DNA of 64,000 bases from Cycas panzhihuaensis (lineage: Eukaryota; Plantae; Cycadophyta): positions 69,137,741-69,201,740 of the forward strand of contig CM041465.1 in assembly GCA_023213395.1 (NCBI GenBank), read 5' to 3'. How positions within the stretch are numbered: the stretch's first letter is position 1; every line of letters begins with the position of its first letter. The translations under genes were made by a program, and so were the position numbers. Positions 25,359 to 39,132 of this stretch are shown here, one piece after another. The notes beneath the pieces were generated by a model, which was not told where the DNA came from, made no database searches, and worked only from the letters and a program-made list of their open reading frames with translations.

Positions 25359-27525
25359 TAGAACTATAACGGAGATGGTACAATGCATAATAAAAGAGAA
25401 AAATGTCTGAAATATATATCAAGTCAAAGCAGTTAATACTAGAAGTCCCAAAAAAGCTCTTGATAAAATTACTCCAAAAGAAGTATGGACAGGTAAGGAA
25501 CCTAATGTAAGTCCTCTAAGAATTTTTGGAAGCACTGTTTTTGTGCATGTTCCAAATAAAAAATGAACTAAACTAGATGACAGGAGTATTGAATGTATCA
25601 TGATTGGATACAATATTAAGTCAAAAGCTTATTGTTGCATATATACAAAAACCAATAAAATCTATGTGAGTAGAGACGCAACTTTCGACAAAGGTATTCC
25701 AACCAATAAACATACTGTCTACATTAAAAAAGGCATAATGTTGGAAGAAAATGTAGAATCCTCTAGTGGCGAGAATACAATTGAAGAAGAATCAATGTCT
25801 CATGATTAAGAAGAAATAGGATCTCAGGAAGAACCATAAACATTATTTGGATCAGAAAGACAGGAAAGTACCTCAAAGAAAAAGATTACCTAAATGGTAT
25901 CTAAAAATTGTAGAACCAAAAGGAGATGTATCTGAGCACATAACTAGATCTCAAAAACACCAAACATTGAAATGTTTAGTTGAGCCTTAAAGTTTTAAAG
26001 AAGTCTGCCAAAAGTAGAATGGCAAGAAGCCATGAATAAAGAAATGGACTCCATAAATCAAAATAATGCTTAGGAGTTAGTTCCTCCACTTGAAGGTAAA
26101 CTTATTATAGATTACAAATGGGTGTACAGGATAAAAGAAAAGTTTGATGGTAGTATTGGAAAATATAAAGCCCGACTTGTGGCAAAAGGGTATATTCAGA
26201 TTGGAGGTATTGATTATGAAGAAATCTTTGCTCCTGTGGCAAATTTAATAACTATCCACACATTTATAGCTTTGACAACTCAATATAGATGCGAAATTGT
26301 ACAACTTGATGTAAAAAGTGCCTTCCTGAATGGTGATATAATTGAAAAAGTCTACATGGACAACCACCTGGGTATAAAATGAAAGTAGAATAATATCTAG
26401 TCTGTAGATTAAAAAGGGCCTTGTATGGCCTAAAACAAGTGCCCTGAGTCTGAAATGCAAAATTGGACCATCATCTCCAAAAGAAAGGCTTTAGTAAATG
26501 TGAAGCTGATCAAAGTCTTTATATTAAAAAACAAAAAGACTTGATTGCCATAATTGTTGTATATGTAGGTGATTTGATTGTTATAGCCAGTGATCGAAAA
26601 ACCATCAATTGGGTGAGAACACAGATGGAAAGCAACTTTGAAATGACTGATATGGGTGCACTTCATTATTATCTTGGCATAGAAGTCCATTAAGCAGAAA
26701 GCGATATCTTTATCTCACAATCTAAGTATGCCAAGAATCTTCTCAAAAAATTCTATATGGAAGAGTATAATCCTTGTGCTACACCCATGGAAATAGGTTG
26801 TTATGGTAATAGACTAACATAATCATCATCAAATGAATAAAACTCCCTTCAATCAACTTGTTGGAAGTCTCATTTACTTAACGACAACCAGACTAGATAT
26901 ATCCTTTTTTGTAGGTGTCGTTTTCAGATATATGCACAATCCAAAGATTACTCATTAGAATACTGCAAACTAAATCTTAAGATACATTAAAAGTACATTG
27001 GATCTTGGTCTACAATATACTAAAATAGACAAACCAAGCTTAATTGGATTCAATGACCTTAAGTGCGCAAGAGAACTTCAAGAAAGAAAGTCCACATCAA
27101 GTTACTGTTTCAATCTTGGAACAACCGTAACATCATGGAGTAGTAAAAAAGAACCAACGGTAACCTTGTCCTTAACATAAGTAGAGTATAAAGTTGCTGT
27201 AAGTGCAACTTGTGAAGCAATCTGGTTAAGACAACTCCTGAAGGATCTAGATCAAAGTTGCCAGAAAGCAATTACAATCTACTGCGATAACCAAAGTGTT
27301 ATCAAATTCACTAAAAATCATGTTTTTCATGCAAGGACTAAACATATAGAAGTCCATCATCATTTCATTAGAGAAAAGGACCAAAACAAAGAAATAGATT
27401 TGCAATATTGTAGCAGTGCTCAGCAAGTTGTAGATATCTTCACGAAACCATTATCAAAGGACAAATTTCAGTATCTCAGAGATCTATTAGGGATGAAAAA
27501 TGTAGCATTTAACACTAAGGGAGGG
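25359..27525 (+). pseudogene. pol: A 3' integrase, RT and RNase H, decayed
   Basis: YKARLVAKGY, QLDVKSAFLNG, VYVGDL, SWSSKKE, HARTKHIEVHHHFIRE. Confidence 0.9.
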
Positions 27526-27736
27526 TGTTAGAATATTAATGTTCATCTTAAGTCTTGTACTATGTTGACCTTTATGTAAATTGAGGGTTATGTGTCATTG
27601 TCCCCCTTTAGTCTTTAAATGACACTTGTCATATATATACTGGATTACTTATGTAAATTAGTTATATATAAGAAAATGTAATTATCTCCCATCAATCAAT
27701 GAAGGTCATTCTAGTTTCACAATTTGATTTCTTATA
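27526..27736 (+). repeat. 3' LTR of A
   Basis: Follows PPT; terminal CA mutated to TA; followed by TSD GAAAT. Confidence 0.95.
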
Positions 27737-30700
27737 GAAATAACTTGCACATTTGGAGCTCAAATATGGCTTGATGCTGAGATCTTGAATTCATAACTCA
27801 ATTGTCCCTAGTTGAACATTGGTATGATGCAAGGAGTGGTTTTTCCAATTTGGTTTCTGGGACTTTAATTAGGCATTTGGCAATTCAAGCCTAGTTTGGC
27901 ATAATGATTGTTGGATGTTTTCCTAAGTTGAAGCACTCTGATGTTTATGGGTAATTGTTGTGATGAGAGCAATTGAACTTGATATGTGAATGATTGTTGT
28001 ATTGTGTGTCCTATTTGGTTTTATGAATTGCATTAATTACAAGGCATGTACTAAATGGGTATATGTGAAGAGCATTCGAGTGGGGATAAAGTCTCACGAA
28101 GTGATGAAAATTAATGCGGTTGTTGTAGACCCTCATATAAAAGGCATGCTATGTAAATTGAAGGATCTCAACATATTTTTGGTCGTGGACATGTTGCTTT
28201 TGGTGGCTATTGGTTTGCAATTATGGTTTTTTTTTTTCATGTTGAATTGACTTCACATTGACATGTGTTGTAGAGGTAGCTCTACAGCTATTATGGATGA
28301 AGCTAGGAGCAAATGAATATTGGAGCAGGAAAAACATTGGTGTGAGGTTTGGGTTGGGCTATGGAAGAGCATTCATATGCTTAGCTTTAGAGTAGTTCCA
28401 TGTGTGTTGAGAAATTCAAAACAATAGTATTGAGAAAGTGGAAAGAAAATGTTAGCTTTTGAGGAGAACACTTGCTATTGTGGGCCCACATAGGGAGCTA
28501 AATTGTTAATAGTCGCAAACATTGTTGTAGCTGGAAGGAGGAATAGACATAGACATAAACTTGTGGGTAGGATTTTGTCAAAACCCTGAATGATTGCTTG
28601 CCAACATGTTGTTTTAAATGATCCAACAAATGATACATTTCAAGAAGTTGAGGACCATGGTAGTTGTTGAGAATGTGGAGACAAGCCTGTGAAGAGACAT
28701 GTTTGTGATAGGGCAAAAGATAACAATTGTGAGCCAGGGTTGAACTGCGAAGGAGAATGCATTGAGTATTGGAAAGTCGAGTGGCCATTGAGTTAAATGT
28801 TTGGGAATTGAATTGTGGGGATCTTGAGTCTCAAATGCATTGAAAAGATGATGAGATGTTGGCAAATGCAAAATACACAAAGGCTAAAATGACAAGTATG
28901 GGAATGCCCCATGTGGTAGTAATTACTGTGATGACTAAATAGAAGCATCCTAAATGAAGTTTGTTTGAGTGTTGTGCTTTAGGAGTAACATGTCCATTTA
29001 GTATTCCTTGGTCATCAGAGTTGGTAGGGGCAAATGCTATGGTTGTTGATTTGTAGATAGTGGAAAGGCCTGGTGATTCCTATCCACTCAATGACACAAA
29101 AGTGCAGAGATATAGATATATAAGAAAGATGACGACGAAATTACAGAAACACGGGCTCTAAGGTTTAATTAAATCAAATGCAATTTGATATTGTTTCCCC
29201 AAAACTTTAGCCTCCTTGGTGTCCATGTATTGTTTCCTCTTTGCTTTTACTCTATCAGAAATGGTTTGTTTGATGTGATGTTCTTTTGTGCTATGAGTAC
29301 TTGTTTTTCAGGATACCGATGATTGAAAACTATAGCTCTCATGTGCAAGGATTGAAAGCTTATCCTCTTCATACTACTAGTTGTCCCTCTTTTACCATGA
29401 TTTACCTTCTTGTTGGACACTTTTTCATTGATTTGTCTGCTCATTTTTGCTTGAAAATTTTTGTTTTTGTGTTTTTGGGAATTTGACAGGATCACCTCAC
29501 CACATTTACATTGGCTGCTCAAGAATTTTAGTGGGATTGCAACATTGCATCATAAATTGTGGCAATACTGCCGAAATGCTTGGCGGGATGCATCATTGTG
29601 GCACGAGTTGTGGCAGTACTATCAAAATTCTTGGTGATACCACCAAAATTTTGGTGTGGGGTTTGTGTTGTCACTCTATTGATCTTTTGAGTGTTCTTTG
29701 CTTTGGGATTTCATTCCTTGTCACTTTCTGCTTTGGTCATTGATGATTCTTGTTTTGTAGGAGTGCATGGTGCTTGTGGACATTACTTGCTTGCTTGTGG
29801 AATACTGTTGATGGCTCTCTCTTGGTTATTGAAGGTATTGGGTCACTTGGAGTGCATTGGATCAATCGCTTGTGGTGCTTTATCATTTGGAGACCTCCCC
29901 TTTGAAGATTCAACTTGTTAAAGTGGCTTCTTTTCATGAATTTGTTGTCTGATTTATTTCAGCAATTAATCACTTCTTGACGACAGAATTTTCTCCCTTT
30001 CCTCTTGAATTTTGCAAGTTGTTACTGGTAGTTTTACCTTTTTTCTTGTTTTGGGCAATATCTTTTATTGATTCACTTGTGTCCTTGGTTTCTTCTTTCA
30101 GAAATTTAGTTTAGATCTCCTTTCCATTGTGTCCAAGCATCTTTCATTGCTTTGGGGGGGGGGATGAGGGGTGTGGGGCATTGGGCTTGAAATCTTCCCC
30201 TTGCCTTCTATCCATTTTGTGATACTTTTTTATGCTACATGTTTGGATTGCTCTTGGTTTTCTCCATCTTTTTGTTTGTTAAGTTGATTGTTATTTGAAT
30301 GATTCGTTTTCTAATTTTCTTGTTTGTTTGAAGTCCTTCATTGCTGATTTTACTTAAGTTAGTTTGGGGTTCACTTGTTATTTTGGGCTTACTTCTTTTG
30401 CTTTGCTTGAAGTTTCTTGTTATCTTCTCATGCTTGCTTGTGATTGGGCTTCCAATCAAGGGGCTTAACTGTGGTTGTGGCATTGATTGAGATTGGTGTC
30501 TCTTGCATATTTTCCACCCACTTGAAATTCTATGCACATTGCCTCACCTCCCCTTTCACCTATTAGCAGTACAAGAGGATTTCAAGGCCTTCTGAGGGCA
30601 GATCTGAGATGTTTGCTTCCTCTCCATTCAAGTATATTTGGTGCATGTTGCTCTTCCATAATCTTGATCACTCCTTGCATTGGATTCTCATTATTTACTT

Positions 30701-32098
30701 GATATTTCGTGTTTCGATAATGAATTTATTTTCTTTTGGTCACTAAGCATACAGTCTTACATTCCTTCTTCGAGCATTTTATTTTGGTCTTTTGTGTAGC
30801 AAGAGAGTTCGATTAACATCCTCTTTGCGTGACCTTTCCTTATTTGGTGGTGTGATAGACTCTTTTTGCTTTGTTATGTTTTTTTAAGACCCTAAATGAT
30901 ACCCTAAAAGCACACAAGTGTAAAAAAACTTAGAGCAAAAGAACAAAGAAAAAAAATTGAAGGGCAATCCCCCTTTTTCTCTTCCCCTTTTCCTTTCTTA
31001 TCTTCATTTTTTTTGCATTCATGGTCATTTAGGTGCATGTGAATTTGTTATCACTTAGAGGAAAGCCAAGTGTAAGTGCACTTGGATCTTAGGATTCTTG
31101 GTTGCTTGTTTCCTTTTCACATTGTTGTATGTTTGATATGGCTTGTTTCTTTTGTGCTATTGGTTGGCGTGTCTAGATAGGAGTAGATATTGTAGCTTGC
31201 ATTTGTTTGGGATTGCTTGAGTGAACATATTAGTTGCATATTCATTGATTGCTTGTGTTTGCTCACATTGTTTTGATCTCTTTGCAATGGAAACATCCAT
31301 GAAGATTGCCCCACCTGCACATGCAAACTTAAGATCCCTAGTGGAACAGATTTACTATCGGTGTGTTGTGCAAGAGAGATCAAGGAGATACAAGGAGGTA
31401 GTTTTCTCTCTTAGGTGGAGTTACAAGAAGAACCAATGAGAGTCTCCTTGTTATTTAGCAAGGCCCTTAGTGGTCACCTGTCGGTAGTTGTAAGTTGGTG
31501 AGTTGTACGCCTTCTGAGGTTTAGTTTTTTGTACCATTTTTTTGATATATTGAGACCATGTTCCTCCAAGGTTTGAGTATGGGTGCAAGTACACACATAC
31601 ATTAGACAAGGACCATTGAACACTAGGGGTGTAGGAACTTTATTTGGGTGATTTTATAGGTTTCTTTTTCTCTCCCTTTTTCACTTCTTTATACTCTCCT
31701 TCTCTACCTCTTTCTTCTTCTTAATATCCTTTTGAGTCGCAATTTGTTTACCCTTACTTTTTCACACCTTGCATTGAGCCTCACCTTGAGTTAGTTTTGG
31801 CCCAATTGTCATTTCCTATTTGGTGCTTTGCCCTTTTACACCCTCTGTCTCTGCAAGAGGGCCAATTTGTTTAAGACCACCCAAATCTTGAGCGAATAGA
31901 CATAGTTCGAAGTCTGCCTCCACTTATTCAAATTGCATAATTCTATTCAATCAAAATCAAAATTGATAATTTTTGACATCTGCCCTTATCCTCTTGTTTA
32001 GTTGGTGGTCATATGATGAAAAGGGCCAATCATTTTTTTTGCCTTTTTTAAAGAATTTTTTCCACTTATTTAATAGTGGTTTTGGCACCATGTGAACC

Positions 32099-32215
32099 CC
32101 CCTTCATTTTTCAAGTCGGTCATGCCCATGCTTTTAGATTTTTGGAGTTCCTTTGGCCCCTTCATTTTTCAAGTCAGTGATGCCCATGTTTTTAGATTTT
32201 TGGAGTTCCTTTGGC
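32099..32215 (+). repeat. 58-bp tandem duplication
   Basis: CCCCTTCATTTTTCAAGTC...GGAGTTCCTTTGG twice, with about 3 mismatches. Confidence 0.9.
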
Positions 32216-32697
32216 AAATATTTTAGGCATTTTTTGTTTAGTATGTTTAATATGTTTAGTATGTTGGTTTCAACAATTAAATATGAGCTCATTCAAGAGA
32301 GGAGTGCATACCATAATTTGTCACATTGTTGGTACTTGAATTGGACCTTGGCTTGGAGTTTTTGTAGTGAAACCATGCAATGAGTTCATGTTTGGTGTAT
32401 CCTATGTAGATGACTGTAGGAATTGCAACAAAAAAGCTAACTTAGAGTTAGCAAGACGTTGCAGGATATTTGAGCTTTGTTGATGTGGATGGGTTGTAGC
32501 CAAAATAGGATGATTATTTTGTAAGGTCATAACCTAATGCTGTGAATCCTAACAAAGGTCAAGATAAGTTTCTTTTCAGGAATTGGGGAAAAGAAGCAAG
32601 AAGCACTAGTAGAAGAACATTTGAAGTAGTTTGGCCAAAAAAAAAACGAATGATGGGAATTTGCTTGATGTGACAAAATGATTAAATATAATGGGGG

Positions 32698-33047
32698 AGT
32701 TGGAAAATAATCCATAGCCAATCCATAATAATTGTAGTTATTTAATTCATTATCCCTCAAACACTGACCAAGAGGTGCATATTTTTGAAAATTCTTAATA
32801 TGTGAGCATTATTAAATTGTGTGTTAAAGCTCGTATCTTCATGTATTTTCGCAGGCCATCTAATATGTTCGTCAATTTTATTTGTTCTCTATGAGGTGAT
32901 TTGTATTTATAAATATGTAGCTATTTTAATGCAATGGATGAGAATTGATCATTCATCTAATTTCTTTTGTATTTTGTTTTGGTAGATATTTCATCTTTCT
33001 TTATCATGGTATCATAATTTCTTGTATAATATTTTTAACATGATATC
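32698..33047 (+). repeat. 3' LTR of element O
   Basis: Follows PPT GGGGGAG; aligns to 3895-4250. Confidence 0.7.
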
Positions 33048-33894
33048 TCTACTGGGAACTTGTGTTGCAATTCCATTCTTGGCTTGATTCAATTTCTTAT
33101 AATTGGAGTCTTTGAGTTCAGTTTTGCTTCCTATGCATGCATTAGTCTCTGGTATTCCCCTGGTGTTTCCTTATTGCCTACATCCCCATAACATGCACAA
33201 GTAATTTAGATTTGGGAAATAATCTCTTCATCACATATGGAATTAATCCATGTAGTGTGAGCACTATGCCGGTCTTGGTTTGTATGCCTCTCTTTTATTG
33301 GGACACTGCACCCTATGTTAAGCATGAATAAGTTTCTGAAGTGCATGCAAACCTATTGATTTTTCAATACGAGTCTTTTTCCTATAGCATCCAGATCCTT
33401 TGTGAAGTGGTTTTTCCCTCGTAGTAGATTTGTATGTGTTTCATACTGAGGCCTTTTGCTTGGAGCTTGATGCTGAGGATTTCTGCATTTTCTCTCAATT
33501 AAAATCTTCTGTGCTGGGCATGCAGTTTCATCCACGCATACTTGAATTGGGTGCTGTTTGAATCAAGACTTGGTGTGTATGGCATACTGAAAAATTGCCA
33601 TTGAAAGATGGAATTTATCATGTGTCAGAATAAAATTTAAAATATAGTTTTTAGAATCTTCTAGATTTGTTGAGACTAAATAAATTTTCGGTTACTACCA
33701 ACCCTAAGTGCAATATATTGAATAGTTGGAATGTTTTGAAACTTTTACATTCCCCCATATTTTGCATCTTTTCTTCTACCGAACTCCATCTGTTTAATTT
33801 TCTCTGGCTGGTCTAATTATCTGCTTGTCCATAGGAAGTGTGTATTTACTATTTGCAGCCAATTAGTGCTTAAATCATTTTGCATGGGCCGCAG

Positions 33895-34130
33895 GAAATG
33901 AGCAATTCAAGGAGATAGCAAGGTGTTGCACACACACAATCCTAGCAGCTTGTGGATTAGAGCACTCAAAGAGCAGGGTGCAGCCTATTGAATTAGTAAC
34001 TTGTTGCCACCCTGCCCTACATTGTGAACCTTCAGACTTGATGCCCGGTTGCTGCAGTGAATGTTTCAAGTCTTTTGTAAAAGACGTCGTGGTTAAGATT
34101 ACAGGTCAGAAAGTAAGCAAGGAAATATAG
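33895..34130 (+). CDS. Probable last coding exon of a host gene; Cys/His-rich C-terminus (GNEQFKEIARCCTHTILAACGLEHSK...LMPGCCSECFKSFVKDVV...EI*)
   Basis: Acceptor GCAG at 33891-33894 with branch-like CTTAA about 25 nt upstream; phase-1 entry; 77 open codons to TAG at 34128-34130; no TE motif. Resembles a conserved plant protein C-terminus by recollection only; family not identified. Missed by the ORF track because it has no start codon. Confidence 0.7.
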
Positions 34131-35256
34131 ATGATTTTGGCCCAGATTGGTTCTTCTGCCAGCATGCAAATTTCAGTCAGCACCTTGCAGTGTTGCAAGT
34201 TATTGAAAATGACTTCCTCTGCGGACAACTTAATAATTTCAGGAAAATTGCTCAGCCAACGTATGTGGATTAACTTTGGCATGCCTATACGATGCACAAC
34301 AGGCAATGTGAAAGGTTTTGTGCTAAGAGACTTTTACCATTGAGGGTATCCGTGGGCTCATTTGGAGTTTTTTTTTTACAAGGCTACAGAAGTACTTGAT
34401 TATTTATATTTAGATTCTGATAACAAAGCAGTTGCTGTTGTAAAGTATCTAGAATGTTACAAGGCTAAAAGACATGCTACATGGCCAACCATTTCTGGTC
34501 ATGCTCATTTATAGCCTAAAGAAGAATTTAGGTATGAATGTGCCAGGCAGAAAACAAGGTTCTGTTGGAACATGCTATTATTTTCTGACCCTTTACCTTA
34601 ACTTTATTTATGTTTTATATTCTTTGTTAGTAAGTTGTCTCAGCAACGATGCATTCTATGTTCGTACCTTGACATTGTGATACTGCCTGCATCCAAGAGA
34701 GCTCTGGTTCCATTCTCACGTAGAGTTCATTCTTGCCATTAGGAAACATTGGCCCGTTTAGTACCTTGATTCAAGGATTTAGCTTTCATTTATCTACATG
34801 TACTGATTTGTTATGTGGGCTTTTGTGGTATACAGCTATCTGTGAATTGATTCCGTTGCGCATGGAAAATATAATTACATTTGTGCAGAGGTTGCACTTG
34901 AGAGTAGAAATGATTTGGACACACCCTTTGTGGAAGAGCCAGTATTAGATATACTATTTTCATCCCTTTTGATTCCGTGTACTCTGTGCGATCACATAGC
35001 ATTAAGGCAGAGGCTTTCAAGAGTCATTCATCCGTTCACGCTTGTCGCTCTCTGACCCTCACCCACCCATACCCACACAACTAAATTGGACCCTATTCAT
35101 TATTTATTGATCATAATGCTCGCTCCCTTGCAATGGACATGGATTATGGATTAACGTGTGTATGCCCTCAAGGAAGGAATGTTTTTCTTTTTCTTTTCTT
35201 TTTTTTCTTTTTGGGAGTAAAGGTAGAGATCAAATGTAATCCATATACATGAAGTT

Positions 35257-35287
<31 letters not shown>
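35257..35287. repeat. Compound (TC)n(AC)n microsatellite
   Basis: Seen directly. Confidence 0.95.
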
Positions 35288-35288
<1 letters not shown>

Positions 35289-38200
35289 ATGTGAGAAAAA
35301 TGATAATATTTATAAGGTAAATAATCAAAGTTCAACAAAATAAAGACCTTTAAATTGATTGCTTCTAATTATTGATTGAAACTAAAATTAATTTTGGGGT
35401 CCAACGTATCAATAGTCCTATTTTTTTGCACTTTCATTTCACTTCACAATATTTAGTTGATTTAGTATATAGTTTTTGATATGGTCAAGGTTTCTTAACA
35501 ACTCAATTGTATTTTGAAAGTTAATACTTTCATCATCGAGAAAAATAATTTTCAAGAAAAATGAAATGCTGAAACTTTGTGCCCCCAAGAAAACAATCAA
35601 TGTGTTTTGAATTTAACTATTTGCAATGTATATGTTACACAAATTAAGAAAACTTGCTATCTCATTGTATTCATTGATGGAAATCAAGCATTAGCTATTG
35701 ATATTAACGTAAGTGGTAGTTTTGTATAGATACAATCAAAGTGGCTTATATCATATTTGTGCATATACTTCCATAGATCACTCAACTTTAGAATGCTCTT
35801 AAAATGTTGCTAACATGTGGGTTGAATAAGGGTGAATGGGTTGTATGCATGTCCAAACTATTATGTCTAGTAAACTTGGCACAAAAGGGTTGAAATAATT
35901 AAAAAATTGGCTTAGAATGACATCTATAGGAGATGGGACTGAAAACAAGTAGTGGGACAACATTTAAAGAGGGCAAATTGATAGCAACATGTCAAAAATG
36001 ACATACATGTTACTAGGAATGGTATCAACTTTGCTAGGATAGCATAAATAGAAGACAACATCATAATAGATATGGAACACAATAACATGAAGCACAAGAA
36101 TGATGCACAAAATGATATGCACAGTAAAGGGAATGGCAATGATAATGATTGAACATTGTAAATAGAAATTAGGTTATTCTGATAATTTAAGTTCATATGA
36201 TGTACAACAATGCCAAACATCGTAAGTAATGATTAATTGGGTGATTAATGGCATAATCATTATGTTGTGTCTCAAGGGACATGCTACAAATTGGTGTTTT
36301 TTAGTGAAGGCACACCAAGTCATGGGATAAATGTAATAACCTCTTAAGGTTTGCACTTGGATTTCACAAACAAATAATAACAAAACATTTTAATACTATC
36401 AATTATCAAAAGCTACAAGTAATAATATATTGGCAGCAATTTTCAATTATGTTGAAAATAATAAAGATTTAAATAATAATAGATATGGTAATGCTCAAAG
36501 AATTGAAATAATGACAAATATATTAGTTCCCAATACAATAAATGACAATTTGATAATTCAGTCCATCTCTATTGTAAAGCATCATATGAGATAATTGAAT
36601 ATTTGCCACAATTTCAATTCCTCTTTCAGATAAGGGAGCCTTTGAAAATAATCTTCTTAAAAAGAGGAGAAAATTTTAGAAGTTATTTATTCTAAATGAT
36701 CCATTCATTCTTTATATGGGTGTTCTTTTAATTTATTAGTTAGTCTATAGTAAGGTTGTCTTTAATAATTAATATTTTAATATGAAGTTATTAATTTGTA
36801 TTTATTATTGTAACCTTAAAATAAATAGAACTTTCTTATACATTGTTTAATTGGGCCTATGACTTTTTATTTTAAAGGCAGTGCAAAGTTCTGTGTTATG
36901 ATTAATGTTTCATTTTAAAATTTGATTATATTTATTGAAGACTATAATTACAAAATAATTAATTTGTTTTTAATTTAAAGCTGCCACTGTTTGTTAGGAG
37001 GAGCATGCATATAACAATTCACCTATAAAACATGCTTTGCTCTCAAAGCATCGATATAAGTAGATGTTATTGTCACCATAATTTAGTTTTTTCTCAAAGT
37101 TTATGCACATATTTAAGGATTGGTCCTAATAGGTCAGATTGTCATAGGACAATTTTCTGTAGTAAAAATAGGATGTAGTAATTCCCCCTTTCTTGATATG
37201 TTTTGTGCTTGAAATATTTTCAAATTGGAGCTTTAATGAATGCCATAAACCAACTCTTGTGATTAGGGATTGCCTGCATCATTTTTTTGTGCTACTGTAA
37301 TACTTGCATTCTTATCTTTGATATATCTTTGTCTCTAGATTGATCTTGCAAATTGTTGGTTGTGTTGGATTCCTAACTAATCCAATTATTGTTTGGTCTT
37401 TATTTACTTGGCTAAAATGTTTCTTGAATTCCCTTTTGTGATGATGATGCATCTCTCATGATCTTAATGTAACTTTTTCACCTTGTTGTTCGAATTTGAG
37501 GAATCTCATTTATAAGTTCATAGAGAAGGTTCTCAAGGTTTGCAACCATTGTAACCCTAAGATCACTTTGATGTTCTCACTGTATAATATATAGATTTGT
37601 AAAGTGAACAACTTTGCCCATATTTAGATTGATGTTGTAACATGTGCTCTTTTTAGATAATTTATTTATTAACTAATTTATGAACTAGTTTTTTTATTTT
37701 TTGAAGGATAGTTCCTATTTTGTTATTGTTATTTTAAACAAAACTTATATCTAAGTAAATGTATGCCCTTTCAACCTATGTAATGCAAATCTAATTTAAT
37801 TGAATAGCATGCCAACTTTTACACCCATGAAAGTGCTTTCTAGCTTGGAGATCTACTCCACTCACTCTATTAGTATGTCAAATCTATAGTTGGGGATGTT
37901 TACTTGTAATTTTATTTTATATTAGATCATATTATTTTCTAAGAATTATTTTGGGGGTTTTAATTGTCTTGGGGGTTTTAGTTGGGTTGGATTTCATCTT
38001 GTCATATTTTTTGTGCTTAGTTTTATCAACATTTCTATTTTTTGGTTGAGGTCGCCTGTTTTGGTTGATATTATTTATTACTTGATTGCTTCTTTATTTT
38101 AGTCTCAACTCCTACAATTATGAATTTATAGTGGCCCTAGATTTTACAAACTTACCTCCACTTTTGACATTTTTGTGATAAGGTTGGAGGATTCCTTGTT

Positions 38201-39090
38201 AGAGTTAGACACAACTCTAGCAATGAACTATTGGGCGAGGTAATTTTAACAACTAAGAGGTGTGGTGAGGGATCAACAGAATGCCTTGTGAAATAACTTA
38301 CAAAAAAATGCTATTAATGGAATCCAATTTATATACTTTTAATATCTAGGATTGATTAATTTAATAACATAAATATTTATTAGCATGGCTAATAACAAAA
38401 CTAGCGAAATGACTAAATTAAGTTTCTAGATTGCTCGATCAAGGAATTGTTTTGAGATACCAAAAAACTTAATAGAACAACAAAGGACTATCATTGAAAG
38501 GTTTAAATTTACGAGTAAGTACTAAGTCATTTGTTTATGAATACAAGTAGCAAATTCACACAGAAGATGAGGAAAAAAAATGATTAAGGGAAAACTAAGT
38601 TTATAACTATTTGTCAATCCAAGCAATTTGGATGGGCTGGATGGATAGTTTATAACTATTTATTGATGAAAATTTTATAGTTGGAGTGATTTCTTGAATG
38701 ATTAGCAAATTGGTTGGATCCTAAACTAGAGTTTGGAGCACTGGTTCTACAAGGGAAAAGTCATAAATTGGCCTTGGGTTGTGTGTCGAGGAGATTGTTT
38801 CATCCACATCCAATTACTCCATGTCATGTACAAATTGTTGCGTGGCCATCTTAGGCCCTTTGGACCTAGCGCTAGTGCATTTGAGAAGCATCATTTGCAT
38901 TTCAAACGTTGCCTCCATCTCTTCATCTTCTTTAATATCTTTGATACGTAGTCCTTTAACTTATTTTCCTCTAGCTTTGGTGGATAAAAAGTCCATCGTA
39001 TTTTTGACATCTGTAATGACTACCAAATCAGAGAGAATTTCATCAAAGTTATAAGGTATCGGAACATTTAGGATTGATAAATTAACTGGC

Positions 39091-39092
<2 letters not shown>

Positions 39093-39131
<39 letters not shown>
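39093..39131. repeat. (AC)n microsatellite
   Basis: Seen directly, about 19 units. Confidence 0.95.

Positions 39132-39132
<1 letters not shown>

Larger units (their letters stand above)
4729..27736 (+). mobile_element. Element A: Ty1/copia LTR retrotransposon (short LTRs, Ivana/Ale-like), interrupted by B and D
   Basis: LTRs 4729-4940 and 27526-27736 (about 24 differences in 212 bp); TSD GAAAT at 4724-4728 and 27737-27741; PBS TGGTATTAGAG 4941-4951; PPT AAGGGAGGG 27517-27525; gag-PR-IN-RT-RH order. Confidence 0.95.
3895..33047 (+). mobile_element. Element O: old, heavily decayed copia-like LTR element hosting the nest
   Basis: Two direct repeats of about 350 bp (3895-4250, 32698-33047; about 83% identical by eye), Met-tRNAi PBS TGGTATCAGAGCC at 4321-4333, PPT GGGGGAG at 32693-32699. 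No convincing TSD; internal coding only faintly recognisable. Confidence 0.7.

Noticed and set aside
38700-39060. Possible DNA-transposon coding tail or exon on the minus strand
   Set aside because: Contains stops, no diagnostic motif, no termini found.
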